64,000 nt of DNA from contig JAWOKS010000008.1 in NCBI GenBank assembly GCA_033854115.1, forward strand, positions 9,828 to 73,827, given 5' to 3'. Each line of letters begins with the position of its first letter. The first letter of the stretch is position 1. The stretch comes from Thermoplasmata archaeon (lineage in GTDB: Archaea > Thermoplasmatota > Thermoplasmata > Lutacidiplasmatales > UBA184). Under the pieces are notes generated by a model, which saw only the letters and a list, made by a program, of their open reading frames with translations, was not told the origin of the DNA and searched no databases. A program made the position numbers and the translations under genes. This document shows, piece by piece, positions 28,039-35,317 of the stretch.

Positions 28039-29376
28039 GTGGCAGGGTTCTCCGGCGGCGTCCGGTACGGCGAGATCTTCCGTCGCGAGTCGTTCTCCGC
28101 CTTCCTCGTCGCGGGCGCGCTCCAGTTCGCCGGCCCGTCGACCGCGATCGTCGTGCTCATCTTCGCGATCCCGCAGGCCTACCCTCCCCACGAGGCGACC
28201 TCGGGCGGCGCCATCGCCCTCGCCCTCCTCGGGCTCTCGTCCGCCCTCCCGACCCTCGCGGGCGCCTTCTTCTCCGGCCCGCTCGCCGACCGGCACGACC
28301 GACACCTCATCCTGCGGACCGCGAACGTCTTCTCGCTCGTCGCGACCGCTGGCATCGCGGTCGACCTCTTCGTGCGGCCCGGCGGAACCGTCATCCTGCC
28401 GTTCCCCGCCGGCGTCCACCTTCCCGTCTGGATCGTCCTGCTCTATCCCGGTTGGGCGCTCCTCATCTCGACCGCGACCCTCTTCCGGCCGGCGTACAAC
28501 GCGTCGATCCCCCGCTTCGTGAACGCGGCCGAGCTCGGGCGCGCGAACGGGCTCATCTACGCGATCGCCGCGCTCACGAGCGCCGGGGGGAGCCTCTTCA
28601 CCGGCGTCGTCCTCGCGGAGACCTCCGCCGTCTACGCCATCAGCGTGCCGTTCGTCCTGTTCCTTGCGACCCAGATCGCGCTCGTCGCCGTGAGCGCGGA
28701 CCTCTCGGTCGCCGCGGGTGCCCCCGCGCGGCGCATCCTTCCGGCCGTGATCGAGGGGTTCCGCTACCTCTACGGTCGGCGCGACCTCTTCGAGATGACG
28801 ATCGCCGCGCTCGTCGTCAACTTCCTCGCCGCGGTCGCCCTCGTCGAGCTCGGGCTCTACGTCCTCGTCTGGCTCGGGGTCGCCTCCGGCTTCTGGTACG
28901 GGGCGATGATCGCCGCGTCGACCCTCGGGGCGGCCGCGGGCCTGCTCGCGATCTCCCACGTCCGCTTCGAGGAGCGGGCGGGCCGGGTCCTGATCGTGCT
29001 CGTCCTCGCGATGGGCTTCGCAATCGTGGGCCTCGCCCTCGTCCGCTCGATCTGGCTCGCGCTCCCGATCATCTTCCTCTACGGCCTCCTGCCCGGGATG
29101 ATCCAGACGGTCTTCCTCTCGAGCGTCCAGGCGACCGTGCCGGACGAGATCCTCGGGCGGGTCTTCTCGGCCGACGAGGTCGGGAGCTACTTCCTCGTCC
29201 CGTTCGGCCAGGCGGCGGGTGGCGTGCTCACCGTGGCGATCGGCATCCAGGGCACGTTCCTTGCGGCCGGCGCTGCGATCGTGGGGCTCGGGGGGGTCAT
29301 GGTCGGGAGCTTCGGGGCGCTCCGGGGCCTCGGTTTCCGCCCCGACGAGACGGCCGGCGCCGCGAGCTCGGGCTAG
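28039..29376 (+). CDS. MFS transporter
   Basis: 445 aa, about 12 TM, with the MFS loop GPLADRHDRHL. Confidence 0.8.
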   Translation: MAGFSGGVRYGEIFRRESFSAFLVAGALQFAGPSTAIVVLIFAIPQAYPPHEATSGGAIALALLGLSSALPTLAGAFFSGPLADRHDRHLILRTANVFSLVATAGIAVDLFVRPGGTVILPFPAGVHLPVWIVLLYPGWALLISTATLFRPAYNASIPRFVNAAELGRANGLIYAIAALTSAGGSLFTGVVLAETSAVYAISVPFVLFLATQIALVAVSADLSVAAGAPARRILPAVIEGFRYLYGRRDLFEMTIAALVVNFLAAVALVELGLYVLVWLGVASGFWYGAMIAASTLGAAAGLLAISHVRFEERAGRVLIVLVLAMGFAIVGLALVRSIWLALPIIFLYGLLPGMIQTVFLSSVQATVPDEILGRVFSADEVGSYFLVPFGQAAGGVLTVAIGIQGTFLAAGAAIVGLGGVMVGSFGALRGLGFRPDETAGAASSG

Positions 29377-30323
29377 GGCGGAGCGTCGGGCGCGACCGGG
29401 ATCCGCAGAGTGCTGTACCAGTCCCGGCTCGGACCGAGCGAGCGGGCGAAGCCGACGCGCTCGTAGAGCCGGAGGGCGGGGGCGTTCCCCTCGGTCACGT
29501 TGAGGTAGATCGACCCCTCGCCGGAGGCCCGCAGCGCGCGCAGGGCCGTGAGGAGCACCCGACGGCCGATCCCGCGACCCTGGAGCGCGGGGTCGACCAT
29601 CACGTCCGCGAGCAGCACCCCGGCCCCGCCGTGGACCGCAAGGACCGCGCCAACGACCTCGCCGGCCCGTTCGGCGATCCACGAGCCCGCCGGGACGAAC
29701 GGTCCCCACCGGCCCTCGAACATCTCGCGGACCTCCCGCGCCGCGTCCGCGGCCTCGTCCGGGAGCTCGTAGAACAGGTAGCGGTCGAACCGGCCATGGT
29801 AGGCCCGCCGGTGGAGCTCGGCGAGCTTCGGGAGGTCGTTCGTCTCGACGGGGCGGAGGAGCTCTCCCGGCTCCGGAAGGACCGCGGGCAGGGTCGCCCC
29901 GGCGCGCAAGGACATCTCGCTCCGGCCGTAGGGAGCGAAGCCGAGGCCCCGCATGAGGCGATCCTCGGCCTCCGGCGCCACGCCCGCGAGCGCCCCGGGG
30001 GCGAACGCGACCGGGCCGCTCGCCTCCTGCACCCCGTAGAGGAGGTCGGCGTACGTTTCCGGGACCGCGGCCGTTCCGAGGGCGAACCAGAGGTCCACGC
30101 TCACCCCGGGAGGACCCCCGTCCGTCCAGCTCACGAAGCCGGAGGGGACCCCGTCGACGACGTAGAGCCGACCCGCGACCCGTCCGGCGACGAGCCGCTC
30201 GTCGAACGAGCGGCGCCAGCTCTCGCTCCAAGCGCCCGGGCCGGCGTGCGCGTCGATCGCCTGGTGACCGAGACGACGCGCCGCCGCGAGGTCGTCCGAG
30301 AGCGGCTCGAGCATCCCGCGCAC
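29373..30323 (-). CDS. Two-domain GNAT family N-acetyltransferase
   Basis: The C-terminal domain has the acetyl-CoA motif QGRGIGRRVLLTALRALRASG. An N-terminal second GNAT-like repeat gives a 316-aa protein. Confidence 0.75.
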   Translation of the reverse strand: MRGMLEPLSDDLAAARRLGHQAIDAHAGPGAWSESWRRSFDERLVAGRVAGRLYVVDGVPSGFVSWTDGGPPGVSVDLWFALGTAAVPETYADLLYGVQEASGPVAFAPGALAGVAPEAEDRLMRGLGFAPYGRSEMSLRAGATLPAVLPEPGELLRPVETNDLPKLAELHRRAYHGRFDRYLFYELPDEAADAAREVREMFEGRWGPFVPAGSWIAERAGEVVGAVLAVHGGAGVLLADVMVDPALQGRGIGRRVLLTALRALRASGEGSIYLNVTEGNAPALRLYERVGFARSLGPSRDWYSTLRIPVAPDAPP

Positions 30324-30458
30324 GTCCCCGCGGAGGGGGCGCGGGGTCTAAAACCGCTGGTGCCGTCCGTCGTGCCGGCTTCACGGCGGATTTGATACCT
30401 CGGAGCGAGGCTGGTCCGGACCGTGCAGCTCATTCCCCCCCGGCCTACCAGCAGCACC

Positions 30459-32096
30459 ATGCCCACTCTCCGTTCGATCGCCGACCTCGCGGCCGATCTC
30501 GGCCTCGGGGCCGACGAGGTCTATCCCGCCGGTGTGGGGGTCGGGAAGGTCTCGGTCGCGGCGGTCACCGCGCGGGCCCATCGCCGCCGGGGGAAGCTCG
30601 TCCTCGTCACGGCGATGACCCCGACGCGCCACGGGGAGGGCAAGACCGTCACCACGATCGCGCTCGCCGACGCGCTGGCCCGTCGTGGCGGGAACGCGGT
30701 CGCGTGCCTAAGGCAGCCGTCGCTCGGTCCGGTCTTCGGGGTGAAGGGTGGGGCGACCGGAGGGGGCCGGTCGACCGTCGAGCCCTCCTCCGAGATCAAC
30801 TTCGGCTTCACCGGCGACATTCACGCGGTCGGAGCGGCCCACAACCTCCTCGCCGCGCTCGTCGACAACCACATCTTCCACGGGAACCCCCTCGGACTCG
30901 ACCCGCTCCGGATCCTCTGGAACCGCTCGATGGACATGGAGGACCGCGCCCTGCGCCACATCTTGGTCGGGCAGGGCGTCCTGCACCAGGTCGTCCACCC
31001 GTCGTCGTTCGCGATCACGGCGGCCTCCGAGGTGATGGCGATCCTCGCGCTCGCCCAGGACTACCCGGACCTCAAGACGCGGCTCGAGCGGATCCTCGTC
31101 GGCTTCTCCCTCGACGACCTCCCCGTGCGGGCGCAGGACCTTCACGCGGGCGGGGCGATGGCCGCCCTCCTCCGCCACGCGCTCGAGCCGAACCTCGTCC
31201 AGACGAGCGAGGGGACGCCCGTGCTCGTCCACACCGGACCGTTCGGCAATCTCGCGCACGGCACGTGCAGTCGCCTCGCGATCGAGCTCGCGCTCGCCTC
31301 GAGCGACTACGCGGTCGTCGAAGCGGGGTTCGCGACCGAGCTCGGGGCCGAGAAGTTCGTCGACATCGTCACCCCCGCGATCGGGGCGGACGTGGATGCC
31401 GCGGTCCTCGTCGTGACCCAGCGGGGCCTGCGCTTCCAGGGCGGGGCGAGCGACGAGGAGGCGACCCGGCCGGCCCGGGCGGCCCTCGAGCGCGGGCTCG
31501 CGAACCTCGACCAGCACCTCGAGAACCTCGGCGCGCTCGGGATCCCCGCGACGGTGGCGCTGAACCACTTCCCCGGCGACTCCGTCGAGGAGGGCGCGCT
31601 CGTCCGGGACTTCTGCCGGGTGAAAGGCATCCACGTGATCGACTCGTTCGGGTTCGAGCGCGGAGGCGAGGGCAACCTCGAGCTCGCGCGCTCGGTGGAG
31701 GACGTCGCGTCGCTCGGCCGGCGCAGCCGTCCGCTCTACCCGGCGGGCACGGCCCTCCTCGGCCAGGTCGAGACGATCGCGACGCGGCTCTACGGGGCCG
31801 ACGGCGTCGTCGAGGCTCCCGAGGCTGCCGAGGAGCGACGGAGGCTCGAGCGGATCGGCGAGGCCACCGGGCCCGTCTGCATGGCGAAGACCCCGCTCTC
31901 GCTCTCGGACGACCCGCACCGGCTCAACCGCCCGCGGGACTACCGCGTGACGGTGCACCACTATCTCCGGTCGGCCGGCGCGGGCTTCACCGTGGCCCTC
32001 CTCGGCACGATCGAAACGATGCCGGGCCTGCCGACCCGTCCGGCCGCGGAGGCGATCGACCTCGCGCCGGACGGTTCGATCCTCGGCAGGCACTGA
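30459..32096 (+). CDS. fhs: Formate--tetrahydrofolate ligase
   Basis: TAMTPTRHGEGKTVTTIALADAL P-loop and full-length similarity pattern. The track start at 30423 is a GTG; the ATG at 30459 (MPTLRSIADLAADLGL) matches the usual N-terminus. Confidence 0.93.
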   Translation: MPTLRSIADLAADLGLGADEVYPAGVGVGKVSVAAVTARAHRRRGKLVLVTAMTPTRHGEGKTVTTIALADALARRGGNAVACLRQPSLGPVFGVKGGATGGGRSTVEPSSEINFGFTGDIHAVGAAHNLLAALVDNHIFHGNPLGLDPLRILWNRSMDMEDRALRHILVGQGVLHQVVHPSSFAITAASEVMAILALAQDYPDLKTRLERILVGFSLDDLPVRAQDLHAGGAMAALLRHALEPNLVQTSEGTPVLVHTGPFGNLAHGTCSRLAIELALASSDYAVVEAGFATELGAEKFVDIVTPAIGADVDAAVLVVTQRGLRFQGGASDEEATRPARAALERGLANLDQHLENLGALGIPATVALNHFPGDSVEEGALVRDFCRVKGIHVIDSFGFERGGEGNLELARSVEDVASLGRRSRPLYPAGTALLGQVETIATRLYGADGVVEAPEAAEERRRLERIGEATGPVCMAKTPLSLSDDPHRLNRPRDYRVTVHHYLRSAGAGFTVALLGTIETMPGLPTRPAAEAIDLAPDGSILGRH

Positions 32097-32267
32097 GCGA
32101 CCGCGACGCGGGTCGCTCGCCCGAGTCGGTCGATTCTTGGGGACCGGCCGCTCCACGGCGAGAGCTTCGCGACCTGGGCTCCCGGCGACGCCGGCGGATG
32201 GTTCTGCTGCAATTCGTGTGGTAAACCCTCTCGGCTTGTGGACGTTTCGCGTCGAGAGGTCTCGTTC

Positions 32268-32471
32268 CTAGGTGGCAGGTCGGCGCATCAGATACAGCCC
32301 CCATGCCCCCAACGAGGCGAGGCACACTCCTTGGACCGCGAGAAGGAAGGACGACGGCCAGGGACGGAGAAGTGCTTGCCGCGTACTCACCGCGCCTCCG
32401 ACTATCCCTACGGCGAACACGACCAACATGGCGCATCTCGGCAAGTGAAAGCCGGAAGGCGGCTTTGTCAT
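32268..32471 (-). CDS. Small 2-TM membrane protein (hypothetical) in a low-GC segment
   Basis: 67-aa ORF with two hydrophobic helices. It lies just left of the solo IS end and may be the remnant of another element. Confidence 0.3.
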   Translation of the reverse strand: MTKPPSGFHLPRCAMLVVFAVGIVGGAVSTRQALLRPWPSSFLLAVQGVCLASLGAWGLYLMRRPAT

Positions 32472-32530
32472 GGTTCAGGCGGAGAGCACCCCCACCCGAC
32501 CTGAGACGGGAGGTCCGGTCCGCCACGGAC

Positions 32531-32552
32531 CACCCGCTTAGGTAACAGAACC
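32531..32552. repeat. Solo IS end (third copy of the IS6-like terminal repeat, right-end orientation)
   Basis: CACCCGCTTAGGTAACAGAACC here compares with the right end of the element, CACCCGATGGGGTAACAGAACC (34837-34858). The CACCCG and GGTAACAGAACC blocks are identical. Confidence 0.6.
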
Positions 32553-32561
32553 TCCTCCGGG
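32553..32561. repeat. Left flanking direct repeat TCCTCCGGG (candidate target-site duplication)
   Basis: Identical 9-mer at 34859-34867, immediately outside the right terminus. Confidence 0.55.
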
Positions 32562-32628
32562 GGTTCTGTTACTTCTCGGGTCATGAACTCTCTCGGTTTC
32601 TCTCTCGTTTCAACTCGGGTGACGCGCC

Positions 32629-33786
32629 TCAGTTCGGGATGACCTCAATCTCGGGGTAGCCGGGCTTCGGCTGTGGCGCGGCCCGCTTGATGAGTTCGGC
32701 CCACCGGAACCCTCCGAGCGGGGCGAAACCCGCGGCGACCCCCGGGGTTGTCCCGAGGGACTGATGGTCGCGCACGAGGTTGTAGTGCGCCCGGAAGCCC
32801 TCCATGAGTGCCCCGGTTCCCCGGTCCGTGTCGAACCCGCGCATGACCTTGATGCGCTCCTTCTCGGTCCCGTGGAGCCTCTCGACAAGGTTGTTCGACT
32901 CCTTGGCCCGGATGCTCGGGACCCGGACGTGAGGACTCCGGCTCCCGCGACCGAGTTCCTTGACGACCGCCTTCGGGTAGGCCGTCATCCCATCCGTGAA
33001 CACCTCGTTCGGCCGGTCGGGAGTGACCGCCTTGGCCTTGTGCAGAGGGGCCTGAGTGTCGCTCAGTCCCCGGTTCTCGCTGACGTGCGTGGCAAGGAGG
33101 AACCGTGTGTCCCGGTCGAGGACGTTCCAGAGATACCGGGGTGAGCCGTCCACGTTTACCACCGTTTCGTCCACGTGCCACCGCTCTCCGGTCCGGGCCC
33201 CCTGACGGTCCATCCTCTCCGCGGCCAGCTTCCCGAAGTGGGTGACCCACCGATAGACCGTGACGTGGCTGACGTTGAGGCCCTGAGCCTGCCGGAAATG
33301 CTCCGCGACCTTGCGGACGGACATGCCCCGGAAGTAGAGGTCGAGCGCGAGGGCGATCTTGTCGGGGTCAGCCCGGCGGCGCTGGAAGCCGTCCCGGCCC
33401 GTGAATCGGTAACCGCACCCGCGGCATAGGAAACGGGCGAGTAGTCCGCTCTTGTTGTGCCTCTTACCGTTCCCGACTACGTTACCGGACCCGCACCGAG
33501 AGCAGGTCTCGGACACCGAGGGTAGAGGCTCGGCCCCAACCTTGAACCCTTCCCGGAACCGGACCGCAAAGACGTGGATGCATGAGATCCCGGTCTCCCG
33601 GAAGAAGGGACAGTCGCACGACCACCGGTCCCTCATGACGGTGACCTTGTACTCCACCCCAAGCCGGCTCTGAGAGCGCACGACGTACTCCGTGGGGGAG
33701 ACCGTCTGAATCTGGTCGCCGCGAGCTACGATAGCGAGAGCCGGGGTTCGCATGTCGGACCACACCTCCGTCATCGGCAGGGACAT
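32629..33786 (-). CDS. IS6-family DDE transposase with N-terminal SWIM zinc finger and Zn ribbon
   Basis: SWIM motif WSCDCPFFRETGISCIHVFAV. Ribbon CSRCGSG...CRGCGYRF. HTH MSVRKVAEHF...VSHVTVYRWV. DDE core WHVDETVVNVDG...YLWNVLDRDTRF...TDGMTAYPKAV...NNLVERLHGTEKERIKVMRGF. The first 107 codons of track ORF 32629..34107 overlap neighbouring genes and were dropped. The ATG at 33786 or at 33774 (MTEVW) is the likely start; 33774 is about 26 nt from the centre of the ATATAT element at 33797-33802. Confidence 0.85.
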   Translation of the reverse strand: MSLPMTEVWSDMRTPALAIVARGDQIQTVSPTEYVVRSQSRLGVEYKVTVMRDRWSCDCPFFRETGISCIHVFAVRFREGFKVGAEPLPSVSETCSRCGSGNVVGNGKRHNKSGLLARFLCRGCGYRFTGRDGFQRRRADPDKIALALDLYFRGMSVRKVAEHFRQAQGLNVSHVTVYRWVTHFGKLAAERMDRQGARTGERWHVDETVVNVDGSPRYLWNVLDRDTRFLLATHVSENRGLSDTQAPLHKAKAVTPDRPNEVFTDGMTAYPKAVVKELGRGSRSPHVRVPSIRAKESNNLVERLHGTEKERIKVMRGFDTDRGTGALMEGFRAHYNLVRDHQSLGTTPGVAAGFAPLGGFRWAELIKRAAPQPKPGYPEIEVIPN

Positions 33787-33792
33787 ATCAAC

Positions 33793-33878
33793 GTGGATAT
33801 ATGAAGGTGGCGTATCCACTTGGATTACAGGGGTGGACCGGAGGCCGTATATATGTGGATAAACTTGTCCACTTGGAT
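33793..33878. promoter_or_regulatory. Divergent intra-IS control region with two TATA-like elements and repeated motifs
   Basis: GTGGATA at 33793-33799 and 33855-33861, each fused to an alternating AT run (33797-33802 and 33848-33854). TCCACTTGGAT at 33815-33825 and 33868-33878. GTGGATA-N13-TATCCAC forms an inverted repeat. Confidence 0.45.
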
Positions 33879-34044
33879 GCCGAAGTGGAAGAAGGACGCC
33901 AAGGAGTTCACCGTGAGCGTCAACTACCACGAGACCCGAGGGACCCTGACGACTATCCCCAAGCCAGTGGTCGATCATCTTTCCCGACCCGAGAAGATCA
34001 CGTTCGTGATTCGGAAGGAGAAGGTCGAGGTTCGGGCAGCGTGA
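33877..34044 (+). CDS. Small AbrB/SpoVT-like DNA-binding protein (55 aa), divergent from the transposase
   Basis: The ATG at 33877 inside track ORF 33820..34044 gives MPKWKKDAKEFTVSVNYHETRGTLTTIPKPVVDHLSRPEKITFVIRKEKVEVRAA, with the swapped-hairpin-like pattern tIPK.v...l....kitF.i. The start is ~26 nt from the centre of the TATATAT element at 33848-33854, which suggests a leaderless transcript. Confidence 0.45.
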   Translation: MPKWKKDAKEFTVSVNYHETRGTLTTIPKPVVDHLSRPEKITFVIRKEKVEVRAA

Positions 34045-34807
34045 CCCGTGGGCCAAAGTCGATACCCGAAGGATCTTCCTGAATCCACTCCGCCACGCGG
34101 TTTTCAATGAGCTCCGGGTCCATGAGGTCCCAGAGTTCGGAAACCTTCTCTCCCCAGACCGACCTCTGTAGTTCTCTGCCGCTGGGTTTCAGGGCAAAGT
34201 AGGTCGGGACGACGGCTGCCGCCAGGACCGCGGCCAGAACGAGGAGCAACATGGAGGAGTCGTTCTGGTCGTGAAATCCTATGGTGAGCAAGGAAGGTAT
34301 GACCGAGAAGAACCCAAACACCAACAGCAGCAGATCGGCTTTGAAGCCGGTTCTCCTTGCCACACTCGAGTTTACGATGAGCCACTCAATCCGCTGAATC
34401 TTCTCTCGGCAGAGATGCTCCTCGTTCTGGTCTCCCTTGTTGGTCGGCCCCGACGCAAGCACGCGGGCCCTGTCGTAGAGGTGATAGCGCAGGGAGAGCA
34501 GAACCGACCTTAGTGACGTACCATCGGCCCGGATAGATGTGAGCTTCTTGTGGGGAAGCCACAGGTAGTTGTTGCACACGACGTAAGCGAAGGTCCAACC
34601 CATCGCCACGGCGACAACATAGGTTATTGTCAGATACGGAATCACGAGAGTGACCTCCGTGAAGTAGAGAAGGGCCGCTCCACCTGCCGTGATGAGGGCG
34701 GCCACGATGGCGGGACCGAACTTGCGCGAGGTCGGCATCCAAAGGTCGGCGTCCTCCGGAATGGGAACTCCGGGAAGTCGGTATGACGGAGGGACGTGAC
34801 CCGACAT
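33998..34807 (-). CDS. 4-TM membrane protein of unknown function (IS passenger gene)
   Basis: 269-aa ORF with low-GC codon usage. It has two N-terminal and two central hydrophobic helices separated by a soluble loop. No family recognised. Its 3' end overlaps the AbrB-like gene by 47 nt, convergently. Confidence 0.6.
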   Translation of the reverse strand: MSGHVPPSYRLPGVPIPEDADLWMPTSRKFGPAIVAALITAGGAALLYFTEVTLVIPYLTITYVVAVAMGWTFAYVVCNNYLWLPHKKLTSIRADGTSLRSVLLSLRYHLYDRARVLASGPTNKGDQNEEHLCREKIQRIEWLIVNSSVARRTGFKADLLLLVFGFFSVIPSLLTIGFHDQNDSSMLLLVLAAVLAAAVVPTYFALKPSGRELQRSVWGEKVSELWDLMDPELIENRVAEWIQEDPSGIDFGPRVTLPEPRPSPSESRT

Positions 34808-34858
34808 GCAACGGCCAGTGTTTCCCCGACGCTAATCACCCGATGGGGTAACAGAACC

Positions 34859-34867
34859 TCCTCCGGG
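34859..34867. repeat. Right flanking direct repeat TCCTCCGGG
   Basis: Identical to 32553-32561. With the adjacent terminus it forms a 21-bp direct repeat GGTAACAGAACCTCCTCCGGG (32541-32561 and 34847-34867). Confidence 0.55.
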
Positions 34868-34874
34868 AGGAGTC

Positions 34875-34931
34875 TATATACCTGAAACACGATATGTCAA
34901 TCGTCAGACAAAGAAGCACATCTTGTCTGAC
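34875..34931 (+). promoter_or_regulatory. Promoter (TATATA) and 9-bp inverted-repeat operator candidate upstream of the RHH gene
   Basis: TATATA at 34875-34880. GTCAGACAA (34903-34911), an 11-nt spacer, then TTGTCTGAC (34923-34931), ending 5 nt before the ATG at 34937. Confidence 0.45.
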
Positions 34932-34936
34932 AAGCC

Positions 34937-35302
34937 ATGGTCGACACCTCGGAGCGGGTGACCGTACGGATCCCCCAGGAACTGCTCGAGAAGCTGAAGC
35001 AGATCCAGGAGGCGAAGGGCACCGCCACCATCTCCGACACCATCCGTGAGGGGCTCGAGCAGTACATCGAGCTCCACCTTCCTCCCCACCACATCCGCAA
35101 GGTGGTCGTCGAGCTCTCCCGTCGCGACAACAGCCGGCTCGAGGAGTTCGTTCGGGAGGGCAACTCCGTGAGCGTCGACGACGCGGTCCGCTCGGCGGTG
35201 CGGGAGTACATCCGCAGTCGCATCGACCAGCTCGCGCCCCCCTCGAGGACCCACCGACGGGAGGGCGAAGCCGTCACCGCCGAGGACGCGCCCCCTCCGT
35301 AG
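34937..35302 (+). CDS. Tandem ribbon-helix-helix (CopG/Arc/MetJ-type) DNA-binding protein, CdrS-like context
   Basis: Two RHH units in one 121-aa chain: RVTVRIPQELLEKLKQIQEAKGTATISDTIREGLEQYIE and KVVVELSRRDNSRLEEFVREGNSVSVDDAVRSAVREYIRSR. Its stop lies 15 nt before the ftsZ-like ATG, which has an AGGAGG Shine-Dalgarno element. Confidence 0.75.
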   Translation: MVDTSERVTVRIPQELLEKLKQIQEAKGTATISDTIREGLEQYIELHLPPHHIRKVVVELSRRDNSRLEEFVREGNSVSVDDAVRSAVREYIRSRIDQLAPPSRTHRREGEAVTAEDAPPP

Positions 35303-35317
35303 GAGGACGAAAGGGCG

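Larger units (their letters stand above)
32562..34858. mobile_element. IS6-family-like insertion sequence carrying passenger genes (2297 bp)
   Basis: Perfect 11-bp terminal inverted repeats: GGTTCTGTTAC at 32562-32572 and GTAACAGAACC at 34848-34858. An inner CGGGT(G/C) block is shared by all ends. The termini resemble the IS26-type GGCACTGTTGC. Identical 9-bp flanks. The element encodes an IS6-like DDE transposase. G+C is clearly lower than in the surroundings. Confidence 0.65.

Noticed and set aside
27601-30384. 927-aa minus-strand ORF
   Set aside because: It overlaps pelota off-frame, lies antisense to the MFS transporter, and overlaps the GNAT gene off-frame. It has low-complexity R/G/P/E composition.
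32095-32118. 8-bp-stem hairpin GAGCGACC-N8-GGTCGCTC overlapping the fhs stop, considered as a terminator
   Set aside because: Archaeal termination generally relies on T-tracts rather than GC hairpins, and no T-run follows. Such short GC stems are expected by chance at this GC content.
33787-34107. First 107 codons of the transposase track ORF (MKTAWRSG...)
   Set aside because: This part overlaps the AbrB-like gene and the 3' end of the 4-TM gene. It crosses the AT-rich promoter region and has no transposase similarity. The SWIM/DDE protein begins at ATG 33786 or 33774.
32541-34867. The 21-bp direct repeats read as attL/attR of an integrated provirus or plasmid
   Set aside because: There is no integrase or tRNA target. 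The repeat decomposes cleanly into an IS terminal repeat plus a 9-bp flank, and the enclosed transposase is of the DDE IS6 type. It is kept only as an alternative in the IS finding.
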